Of a stretch of DNA of 64,000 nt, positions 1 through 10,149 are shown in pieces (the first letter of the stretch is position 1; each line of letters begins with the position of its first letter). The stretch covers positions 4,018,961-4,082,960 of the forward strand of contig NC_057751.1 of the NCBI RefSeq assembly GCF_004010195.1, read 5' to 3'. The position numbers and the translations under genes were made by a program. A model generated the notes under the pieces. That model saw only the letters and a list, made by a program, of their open reading frames with translations. It made no database searches and was not told the DNA's origin. Origin of the DNA: Chiloscyllium plagiosum (Eukaryota).

Positions 1-329
1 ATAGTTTTTGCACTATGACCAACAAGTATAATGATCTTGCAAGTGCAGTAATTTATGATGTCTCTGCCCCACGTGTGTTTGTGCACGTGCACGTCTTATT
101 CACTGCAAAGTTCAGGTTCAGTCTATTCAAACAGTTCACTGCATCTCACAGAAGCCGTCCTTCTCACTCTGCAAAGAGACTTTACTTTCAATCTAATGCA
201 CTGCAGAAAAAACAATTTTTAGAGCTTTAGCTTGCCTATTATTGCCACTTTGCAGAGATTTCGGAACTAGGGGACATAGTCTGAGAATTAGGGCCAAGCT
301 GTTCAAGAGAGATGTTAGCAAGTACTTCA

Positions 330-540
330 ACACAAAGTGTAGTAGAGGCTTGAAACTCTCTTTCACAAAGGGTGGTCGATGCTGCATCAGTTGTTACTTT
401 TAAAACTGAGAGAGAAGACTTTTTTATTAAGGTATTAAGGGATATGGACCACAGGCAGATATTTGGAGTTAAGTTGCAGATCAGCCATGATCTCACTGAA
501 TGATGAAAAGGATGAATGGCTGACTCTTGCTCCTATATTC
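330..540 (+). mobile_element. Old CR1-like LINE 3' end fragment
   Basis: Resembles the CR1 3' ends elsewhere in the window (e.g. 25850-26045): 'ttttaaaactgagagaga...agatcagccatgatc...cttgctcctat'. Confidence 0.7.
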
Positions 541-1487
541 AATTATCACTTTATTATCCTTCGCACCACTGTTGTGTGTGCTTCAGTTAATTGCTTAACA
601 TGATGCCTACACTTCAATTATATTGTGAAGCCCTGTCTCTCATTGCTGAGTGTAGAATGACTCTGTCAGCTTCTGGTAACTGTTCTAGGATATTCCTGGA
701 TGCTGACTGTTCCAGTACATTGATATGCATAAAATGGCAAACAGGAATAAGTTGGCCGAAGAGTCAACAAGATATTTCTGCAAACTTAATAATGGTCTGC
801 AGAAGATTACATCAGACCTCACAGAATGCCACAAAATCAGCTTCCTTGGCCTTCATGAAATCAAACAGGAGCAAAAGAACTTATCTCAATGAACACTTCT
901 TCAATGTTAAGTGGATGATGCAGTTTCTTTACCTTATCTATTCTTCTGTAATTATCATCTGTGTATCATTCCAATTTACAATATTCATTACTGATCATTC
1001 ACCAAGTGTTTCAATTGTTGAACTGTCCAGTGTGAGACAAAGATTTTTGATACGGACTCCTCACTTGATTTATTCCTGACAGGCGTTGTTTTTCCACATT
1101 CAAATAATCACAGGAATAAAGATAAATCACTCCAGGGGATACACAAACAAATGAACATCCAACTAAAAAAAAATGACAAAAGGTAGATATTGGGCTAATT
1201 GTGAACAGCACGCACTACAACGTATTAAACTTCGCTTGCTTTTCAGCCAAATCTCTAACAATGTTAAAAATGTCTCTTTCAATCAGAATATCACCAGTGT
1301 AACATGACTATGAGCTGTGTGAGTACGAATTTCAACCAACTGCTTTTCCCCAGTTGTGATTTACAATGTCTCAAAGAAGAGGGCCGAAGGGCCTGTACCA
1401 CATTGTAACATTCTATGAGTGGAAGCTCATTTCATCAGCTGATCACATGCTAAGACTGGAGTTACTCAATCATACTTTTGGTCTTAC

Positions 1488-1622
1488 TTGCCTGCAAATG
1501 CTGTTGTCACTCATTTTTTCAATAATACACATAGTTTCTTCGTCATTCATCAAAGAAGCAACTCTCTGATAATAGACAATGTCCAGTCCAACCAACAGAA
1601 GAAGAATCACAGGCCACTTCAT
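1488..1622 (-). CDS. Candidate first coding exon of an unidentified gene; signal-peptide-like N-terminus MKWPVILLLLVGLDIVYYQRVASLMNDEETMCIIEKMSDNSICRQ
   Basis: Strong acceptor (ttttctttttttttcag|C ATG, exon starts 1623), 45 open codons while the other two frames have stops, basic residue followed by a hydrophobic stretch, donor CAA|gtaaga. No homologue recognised. Confidence 0.4.
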
Positions 1623-2117
1623 GCTGAAAAAAAAGAAAATCTATACTTATTCCTCAAGTGCCTGTCAAACATTATGCATGAAAGACTCTTTAACACATAG
1701 AAACATGAAGTCGAGACATGTACAATCTGAAAGTGCAGCCCTAAATTTGACAGGAAATTACATATTCAGATCATGCTAAGAGCTTTCTTCCAGAACATAC
1801 TATATTTCAGAAAGAAAAAAAAGTTTTGTCAACAGTCCCAAAAATGTTTTAGACTTTACTTTCCCCGCATTACTTTTCCAAAAATGCTTTTCTCACTTCA
1901 GACAAGTACCACTTTGTCGCAGTCCCTAATTAATAATGTGGTGATAGTTTCAAATTCCAACAACTCCCATCAATCCACCAACTTGCTTGATGTTTATTGG
2001 ACAGAGCTGTGAGCCAATGTAATTGGGGGCAGGCACGTTGGCAAAGATTTGTCAGCTTCAATTTGTATCATTTGTTCCATCACTTTATAACCCAACTGAT
2101 TCAAGATCTAAAGTTGA

Positions 2118-2293
2118 AATTGCTGGAAAAGCTCAGCAGGTCTGGTAGCACCTGTGGAGAGAAATTAGAGTTAAGGTTTTAATTTCAGTCACCCTCCTTC
2201 AAAACTGAATAGTAGAGGATCACTGGACCTGAAATACTCACGTTGATTTCTGTCCACAGATGCTGCCAGACCTGCTGAGCTTTTCTAGCAATT
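2118..2293. repeat. Penelope-derived short element with 48-bp inverted arms
   Basis: 2118-2165 is the reverse complement of 2246-2293 with 4 mismatches. The arms match the 'gatgctgcc(a/t)gacctgctg' terminal motif at 6600-6630, 16895-16965 and 33830-33960. Confidence 0.7.
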
Positions 2294-2992
2294 GCTGTTT
2301 TTATTTCTGATTTCCAGCATCTGCAGTTCATTTGGTTTTTATTTAGACTCATGATCAAGTTCAACATTTTTAGGACACAACCAGGGATCCCAATATTTCA
2401 CAAAGAACATGCTGTTCTCCTGTTATCATTTTATACCCATTTTGATCCACTGTTTGTCTCTTGACTTATTCTATTACCATCACCTTTTTCCATCTTAATA
2501 AATCTTGCGTCATTTAATCTTTCCCTCACTTCACTCATTCAAAGTTTACTTTTGGGTGTATTCTTCCCTGCACCACGAAACTTGGCTTTAAATCTCAACT
2601 GACTTTTCATACAAAAGGTCACCAATATGGAATGTTTATGCTATGTCTCTCCACAAATGCTGCTTGACCTACTGGTATTTCAAACAAGTTCTGAATATAT
2701 TTCAGATCTGCAATACTTGGATCTATAGTAATTTTGACTGTGTGTTTGATAACAGTTTCTGGCACCTTCCAAACCCAGTCTGAACATATTCAAAATGTCT
2801 ATCTCAGCACACAATGCATCAGTGGGCCCTCAAGTTCTTTTTCATGTTCCTTTTAGTGAAATACAGAAATGCCAGCTGATAGACCAAACCAAGTCACCCA
2901 CAGTACCAGTACATCACGTGATGCCAAACTTTTGATGTTCGAACTGATGTCAAATACAGTGCATTTCAAAACGGCAAAGCTAAAGCATTCAC

Positions 2993-3062
2993 CTTTGCTG
3001 AAGACAAGTGTGACTGGTGTCAATTTGTCAGGCCACCACAAGCAGCCTCTTCAGCTCCAAGT
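2993..3062 (-). other. Candidate 70-nt non-coding (5' UTR) exon
   Basis: Acceptor atttttccttcctcag| and donor AAG|gtgaat, with stops in all three frames. Splicing to the 1623 exon gives AAAGC-ATG (purine at -3). Confidence 0.35.
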
Positions 3063-5285
3063 CTGAGGAAGGAAAAATATCAACTGACTATAAGGCATTT
3101 TGGGTTGCTCTGAAGTTGTTAAAGATGCTTCTAAATGCTTATTCTTTTCTCTTATTTGTAATCCCTGCTGCACGTATACATACATCACAATCAAATGAGA
3201 ACAAAGTCAACTTCAGGTAACACCTGCTCCACCTTCAGAAAAATGGAGAATTTGTTTAAAAAAATGGAATGCAACCTCAATCAAATGGACTGTTTTCCTC
3301 TCTTCAATTCCCATTGCTGCAAGCTGTGAAGTATAATAAGTTGTTAAGAGTTTACACATTTTATCAAATCACATAATTTGTCCGAAGGTAAGATTGCACT
3401 ATGCAACTGTACAATATTGAAACATATTTTGCTTCAGTTACAGGGCAATATTATAACTGCTTTACAGTAAGACTATAGAATTGTTCCTTAAAGTCATCAA
3501 CTTCCTCACACCAGTTCCAGTTATCATTGCTCCCATGAACAACTCAAAATACTGCATTTCAATTTCCCCTCAAATACTACTCAGCCAACTCTCAAATTAA
3601 TTATCACTTGCCTTTTTTATCCTCTCAAAATGAATATGTTTTGTGACCACACTTTCCAGAGCTTCTACTCCCCAAATTAAATAGCTATTATTCCTCCAAT
3701 ATAGATTATGCAAATTCACAATTAATTAGAAATTGCAATGTATTCAACCATCAGTGTTGTTTAAATAACTTGGAGTTTATAAAGCCATCAGATGTTCCTT
3801 CTTTTCCAGAGTGACAATACCATCCCATAACTATCCTGTTTTTAAGTTTAATTTAAATACAAGCATGAAGAAAGCATTCTGAACAACATTTATATTATTT
3901 CCCTAGCCTTGGTGATTGTTGTGTATCTATTTTTTCCTAAGGGTGTTGAATGTATTTGCAAGGCTTTTGTTCATAAACTTTATACTTATGCTGAAGTTGC
4001 ATTTTAAATAAATTAGGGGTCTTGATTTGTAGCAAAAGATAAGATTTTAACACATGGCTAGTCCAAAGGCCTTTATTCCACTGCCATCATGGCATTACAA
4101 ACATGAAGGGAAATTAAAGATAAAATATGAGCGTTTTAAAGAATAGAGATGAACAAACCCTCTGATTTCCAATTAGCTGAGGAATCTTTTGTCCAGATGC
4201 TCCCTTTTCCCATCAGCGCTCCTTCCAAAGACACCATTTCTCCCCCCAACAAGAGTCCATTGGATTGCTCCAGCTACCCTGTTTCACCATTCACACTGAC
4301 TGGACGAAGATCTGGCAAACAGCTCAGCTCCACTGCCTAAAGCCATTCATGGCTATCACGATCTGCTGCTCGAAGTCTTGTACATTCAGAAACCAAAGTG
4401 ATTTGTTTCTAATACTGAGCTACATTCAGCATGATCTGTACATATCAGGCACAAACATCTCCCCTGTAAAATGTGAACTTCATTGCGACCAGTGGAGGAA
4501 TGGAACAAGGTTTTAGTTCACCCCACCTCACTCAGTTGTAACAACTCATACTGCACATGAGAGTTTGTAATAACCAGAGATAGGAAGAGAATTTGTCTCC
4601 ACATATGTGCAAGTCCACATCCTTTAACTAATGGAACAGCTATGAGTACCACAATCAGGAATTAGCCTGGGTGATTTTAATGAGGACAAGTACTTCAAGA
4701 GTGCCCTTTGAGAATGTCCTTGACCAGCACAGCAGTTGTTTAAAGCTGAATGGCAATGCAAAAGGCTCCAGAGTTAAGATTTTGGAAGTACAGCTCTAAG
4801 TAAATTGAGGAGCTTTGCTTCATCTGGCGACGTACACAGAATAAAGGAGTATGAGGAGAGGCAACGAGGATATGAAGGAAGATCAATAAAAAGTAATGTC
4901 GGAGAGAACCTTGTCAATCATTGACCTCATGGAAATAGCAAGATGATGCAAGATGGCAAATTCGAAGGATATCCATGAACACGCTTTGGATATTTTAAAA
5001 GGAGGGTGACATAATGAGAAGACAAGAGGGCAGGAAATCCTGCAGAGGAAGTGCATGTCAAATGAAGACGAGATTTGAAATGATTGCGGATGAGAAGGTG
5101 CTCAGTGCAAAATTTGAAGGATGGAAGCAGTCAAGTTAAGATGATGAGAGCATTTTTAGAGTGTTTGGGCACTGGAGAATGAGAATACAAAACAATAGAT
5201 AAGAGCAGTGAAGCACAGTAAGACACTCCACGGGTTATTGGTTATATCAATAATTTGGATGTGAATATATGGAGGTATGGGTTAG

Positions 5286-5487
5286 TGCAGTGATTGGAGC
5301 CAGATGGACCTCACTGACTACAAGATCTTTGATTGCGGAAGTACTGGCTGACAAATATAAAGAGGGGATTTAGAATCTCCCCAGTTCAGGGGACTGACTC
5401 CAAACTGGCTGACTGCAGCCAGTGTACTGGGCACAAGTAAATAAAGGATGACTTGGTAACGGGAGCCTGGCCTCTGTAGTTATTTTA
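5286..5487 (+). mobile_element. Short solo LTR inserted in CR1
   Basis: Starts TG, has a TATA-like 'aaatataaa' and AATAAA, ends 'gttatttta'. Flanked by gttag (5281-5285) and gtttg (5488-5492), a 5-bp TSD with 1 mismatch. CR1 sequence is contiguous across it. Confidence 0.55.
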
Positions 5488-5571
5488 GTTTGTACATTTG
5501 CAAATGACACCAAAATTGCTGGTATAGTGGACAGTGAAGATTATTTTAAAGGACAACAGCAGCTTGATCAT

Positions 5572-5865
5572 GAGTTTGGGTCTTGGATTTGGGATTTGAA
5601 CTGGTTTAGACAGATTTGAATAGATTTGGAGGTATGAAAAATCCTAGCAGATTAAAACACTTGCAGGTTAGTGTCCTAGATTACAGATAAAACATAGGAG
5701 ACAATTTTTTTTTTATTTTCAGTGACTTGTGGTTGATTAAACCTTGAGAGAGAGAAATGGCTCTCAAAATTGCGAAAGAGTTTCTGGGATTTGAAGATGA
5801 TTCTCAAATTTTCCAAAAGTATTTAGAAGGAAAAAAAAAGGCCATACTTATAGAATTAATAAATA
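5572..5865 (+). mobile_element. Orphan gypsy internal fragment (leader plus gag N-terminus MALKIAKEFLGFEDDSQIFQKYLEGKKKAILIEL), no LTRs
   Basis: Direct homology to 8615-8900 of the full element. Confidence 0.85.
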
Positions 5866-6647
5866 AGTTAAATCATCAGAGACCAATGCGAAGTGTTGCA
5901 TTTTTGTAAGGCAAATCAGGAGTGGGGCTTGGATAGTTATTGGTAATTCCCTGGGGAGTGTTGCCAAACAAAGAGATCTATGGGCGCAGGTGCATAGTTC
6001 CTTGAAAGTGAAGTCACATGTAGACAGGGTGGTGAAGAAGGCATTTAGCATGCTTGCCTTCATTGGTTACTACACTGAATACAGGAGTTGGGAATTCATA
6101 TTGCAGCTGCACAGGACATGGGTTATGCCACGTTTGGAATACTGCATTCAATTCTAGCCTCCCTGCTACAGCAAAGATGTCATTAATCTTCAAAGGGTGC
6201 AGAAAAGGTCAATGAGGATTTTACCAGAGTTGGAGGGTATAAACTATAGGGAGAGGCTGAATAGGCTGAGGTTATTTTTCCCTACAGTATTGGGAAGTTG
6301 AAGGATGACTATTATTATGAATATGTGGGTGTACTGTACCGTTAAGAGTTAAAAGCTAGCAGAACTACCTGACAACACCAAGTGTTCCGAATAAGTAACA
6401 ATGTAACACTTGGGCGAAAGCGACATTAGCTGGGTTGCCTGGAAACAAGAACACAGATTCAAATTAGGCCAATTGGTTTAAATTATACCCCGAAAAATAC
6501 CAAATTCCAATCAAGTTTGAACTTAGTATATTGACATCTTAACAGCCAATGACACAATCCGATGCTTTGGGGGTATAAGACCAGAGATGGAAATGTGTTG
6601 CTGGAGAAGCGCAGCAGGTCAGGCAGCATCGAGGGAACAGGAGAATC

Positions 6648-6675
6648 GACGTTTCGGGCATTAGCCCTTCTTCAG
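6648..6675 (-). ncRNA. Minimal hammerhead ribozyme-like motif
   Basis: Minus strand reads CUGAAGA-AGGGC-UAAU-GCCC-GAAAC-GUC: both core boxes, a stem II and a GUC triplet, inside a PLE terminus. Confidence 0.65.
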
Positions 6676-6882
6676 GAATGAGGAAAGTTGGTCCAGCAGG
6701 CTAAGATAAAAGATAGGGAGGAGGGACTTGGGGGAGGGGCGCCGGAAATGTGATAGGTGGAAAGAGGACAAGGTGAGGGTGATAGGTCAGACTGGGGGGG
6801 GGGCGGAGAGGTCGGGAAGAAGATTGCAGGTTAGGAAGGCGGTGCTGAATTCGATGGATTTGACTGAGACAAGGTGGGGGGA

Positions 6883-7813
6883 NNNNNNNNNNNNNNNNNN
6901 NNNNNNNNNNNNNNNNNNNNNNNNNNNNNNNNNNNNNNNNNNNNNNNNNNNNNNNNNNNNNNNNNNNNNNNNNNNNNNNNNNNNNNNNNNNNNNNNNNNN
7001 NNNNNNNNNNNNNNNNNNNNNNNNNNNNNNNNNNNNNNNNNNNNNNNNNNNNNNNNNNNNNNNNNNNNNNNNNNNNNNNNNNNNNNNNNNNNNNNNNNNN
7101 NNNNNNNNNNNNNNNNNNNNNNNNNNNNNNNNNNNNNNNNNNNNNNNNNNNNNNNNNNNNNNNNNNNNNNNNNNNNNNNNNNNNNNNNNNNNNNNNNNNN
7201 NNNNNNNNNNNNNNNNNNNNNNNNNNNNNNNNNNNNNNNNNNNNNNNNNNNNNNNNNNNNNNNNNNNNNNNNNNNNNNNNNNNNNNNNNNNNNNNNNNNN
7301 NNNNNNNNNNNNNNNNNNNNNNNNNNNNNNNNNNNNNNNNNNNNNNNNNNNNNNNNNNNNNNNNNNNNNNNNNNNNNNNNNNNNNNNNNNNNNNNNNNNN
7401 NNNNNNNNNNNNNNNNNNNNNNNNNNNNNNNNNNNNNNNNNNNNNNNNNNNNNNNNNNNNNNNNNNNNNNNNNNNNNNNNNNNNNNNNNNNNNNNNNNNN
7501 NNNNNNNNNNNNNNNNNNNNNNNNNNNNNNNNNNNNNNNNNNNNNNNNNNNNNNNNNNNNNNNNNNNNNNNNNNNNNNNNNNNNNNNNNNNNNNNNNNNN
7601 NNNNNNNNNNNNNNNNNNNNNNNNNNNNNNNNNNNNNNNNNNNNNNNNNNNNNNNNNNNNNNNNNNNNNNNNNNNNNNNNNNNNNNNNNNNNNNNNNNNN
7701 NNNNNNNNNNNNNNNNNNNNNNNNNNNNNNNNNNNNNNNNNNNNNNNNNNNNNNNNNNNNNNNNNNNNNNNNNNNNNNNNNNNNNNNNNNNNNNNNNNNN
7801 NNNNNNNNNNNNN
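6883..7813. other. Assembly gap (N run)
   Basis: Run of N. Confidence 1.
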
Positions 7814-8558
7814 TTGTTCAGGGTGAGGATCAGTTCAGTCAGTCGAAGGAGGGTGTCTGTGGAAGGGTACTGGTCGGTACGGCGGGAAAGAAAGAAGTGG
7901 AGGGCTTTGAGTCCTTCGTGATGGGGGATGGAGGTGTACAGGGACTGGTTGTCCATGGTGAAAATAAGGCGTTGGGGACCGGGGAAGCGAAAATCATGGA
8001 GCAGGTGGAGGGCGTGGGTGGTGTCCCGAACGTAGGTGGGGAGTTGACCAGGTATAAGACCAGGTATAAATAGAGATGGAAATAGAAAGGTCGAGGAAGG
8101 GGAGGGAGGAATCTGAGACTGTCCAGGTGAATTTGAGGTCGGGGTGGAAGGTGTTGGTGAAGACCAGGTAAAACTGAACAGTTGGGAGGAGAACTGCCAA
8201 ACCAATGACTGCCCGGAGAATAGCTCTCTTAAAGATACCTTTACCAATCCTTGACCTGTGAGGCAGAAATCCCTAAGAAGCAGAAAAGGAGATTCAACAT
8301 CTGGCTTTTTTTTTAAAAAAAGTTGAATTATGGTAAATCTTAATCGGGAGTTTTACTGGACTTGTATTATAGAAAGGAAGGAGTTGTAAATAGTCGTCTG
8401 TAAATTATTCTCTGTAATAGTTGAAGAAATGAAGTTGTTAATTCTTACTTTAGTAGTTCTTGGCCTCTCGAATTTTCACAGATTACTGCATGGGACAAAT
8501 CTTTTCTGTATTGCGAGTTTAAATTAAGCATGAGGGTTTACCCAGTGTCGCAACAATT

Positions 8559-8584
8559 TGGGGGCTCATCATCGGGATTTGAAC
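8559..8584 (+). promoter_or_regulatory. Primer-binding site complementary to the tRNA-Pro 3' end
   Basis: TGGGGGCTCATCATCGGGATTTGAAC, 3 nt after the LTR end, versus the tRNA-Pro complement TGGGGGCTCGTCCGGGATTTGAAC. Confidence 0.85.
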
Positions 8585-8789
8585 AGTTTGGGGGGCTTTT
8601 GCCAACTATTTGAACAGTTTGGGTCTTGGATTTCAGAGATGAACTGGTTTAGACAGATTTGAATAGATTTAGATGTACGAAAAATCCCAGCAGATCTAAA
8701 CACTTGCAGGTTAGTGTCAGAGATTACAAATAAAACATAGGTGAGACAATTTGTTTAATTTCAGTGACTTGTGGCTGATTAAATTAGAG

Positions 8790-10000
8790 AGAAATAGCTC
8801 TTAAAAATTGCTAAAGAGGTTCTGAGATTTGAAGATGTTCTCCAATTTGCCAAGAACATTTAGAAGGAAAGAAAAAGGCCATACTTTTAGAATTAGCAAA
8901 GAAGTTAGATTTGGGCTTAACCAAGGACAAAAGTAAAGCTCAAATTGTAAGGGAGTTACTCAAACACTTCGGGGTATCAGAGAGACAGACAACTGCAGTC
9001 AAGGTAGAAAAACTTAAATTACAATTGAGGAAAATGGAATTAGAAGAAAAACCAGGAGAGAGTGAGGAAAGAGAGAGAGAGAAGGTTCTTAGCTGAGCAA
9101 AGAGAGAGAGAAGAAAGGGACAGACAAAAAGACAGAGAATTTGAAGGTGCAACTTAGTGAGCAAAGTCAAGTTAACAGGATGGAGATTAAAAGAGAAGAT
9201 AGTAGTATATATAAATATTTCAAAACTCTGCCTCACTTTGATGAGAAAGATGTTGAAGCCTTCTTTATTTCATTTGAAAAATTGGCTAGACAGATGGAGT
9301 GGTCCAAGGATTTATGGGTAACACTAGTTCAGACTAAACTGGTAGGCAGAGCTAGTGAGGTATTTGCTGCACCGTCAGACGAGAGGTGAAGAGATTATGT
9401 TACGGTTAAACAGGCTGTTTTAAGTGCTTATGAATTGTACCAGGAACATATAGACAGCGGTTCAGAAAACACAAAGAAGGAATCAGATCGGAGTTATGTT
9501 GAGTTCAAAAGAATTAAACATAGTCATTTTGATCAATGGTGCTTGCTTTAAAAATTGATAGGACATTTGAGGCTCTAAGAGAGATAATTCTGCCGGAGGA
9601 GTTTAAAAATTCACTTCCAGAGGAGATGGTAAGAATTCACATGGAGGAACAGAAATTTCAGGATGTGAGAAGGGCAGCAGAATAGCAGATGAGTACATAT
9701 TGATGCATAAGACAAGCTTCCAGCCAGAATTTTGTCCTGTGATGGATAGAAGTTGGGAGAAGGGGAGGTCCTACACTACGAAACCAAGAGTAGGGAACAC
9801 TGGTAAGAGTTTACCACAGGTTAAAGTCGTCCAAGAGGGTGGACAGGAAGTGAAAAGCCTCAGGTGTTTTCACTGTAATGGAGTGGGACACAGAAAGTTA
9901 CAGTGTCGGTGGTTTTAGAAGGGCACTCGGAAAAGGTGTTTTCACTGCCAGAAGGTGGTACACAAAGTCACAGGGCTGGTCATTAAAGAAAGACACTGTG
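8790..10000 (+). pseudogene. gag: Gypsy gag remnant with two CCHC-type zinc-knuckle units
   Basis: LPHFDEKDVEAFFISFEKLARQMEWSKDLWVTLVQTKLVGRA and CFHCNGVGHRKLQC; a second degenerate knuckle lies at ~9935-9980. Start codon mutated (aaatagctct). Confidence 0.85.
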
Positions 10001-10149
10001 GGAAAAGATGTGGTAAAAGAAGCTAAGCCAGTGGCATTAGTGAAGGTGATAAAGGAGACCCCCAAAAAGAGCACAGGAGCTGCAGGAGAGTGCATTGCCG
10101 AGGCAGCGGCTGAGTATGGAGTTAGCACCTGACCTCCACGAAGAATTTG

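Larger units (their letters stand above)
5235..6312 (+). mobile_element. CR1-like LINE ORF2 (RT C-terminal region), left part, interrupted by several insertions
   Basis: 'tttgcaaatgacaccaaaattg' (FADDTKI-like) and 5880-6300 match the CR1 copy at 61310-61760. The element resumes at 14163. Confidence 0.85.
6585..8159 (-). mobile_element. Penelope-like element fragment (RT pieces plus terminal region with hammerhead motif), spans assembly gap
   Basis: Minus-strand peptides LPTYVRDTTHAL...IFTMDNQSLYTSIPHHEGL and FTNTFHPDLKFTWTVSDSSLPFLDLSI are typical of PLE RT. Flanked by aagaccag duplication (6577-6584 / 8160-8167). Confidence 0.9.
6313..8555 (+). repeat. 5' LTR, split by a Penelope insertion (LTR pieces 6313-6584 and ~8160-8555)
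   Basis: 'tattatgaatatgtgggtgtactgtacc...cccagtgtcgcaaca' aligns with 13483-14162. Confidence 0.9.

Noticed and set aside
991..1030. VQQLKHLVNDQ resembling an IL-21 helix A segment
   Set aside because: Too short, followed directly by a stop, weak acceptor; probably coincidence.
591..1079. 162-aa plus-strand ORF
   Set aside because: No recognisable motif or supporting splice/promoter context; non-ATG start.
6728..8247. Long ORFs of 397-486 aa
   Set aside because: Artefacts of the N run; only the PLE RT segments are meaningful.
8557..8666. Repeat-spacer pattern superficially like a CRISPR array
   Set aside because: Eukaryotic retrotransposon leader; units are degenerate, PBS-derived, and no cas genes are present.
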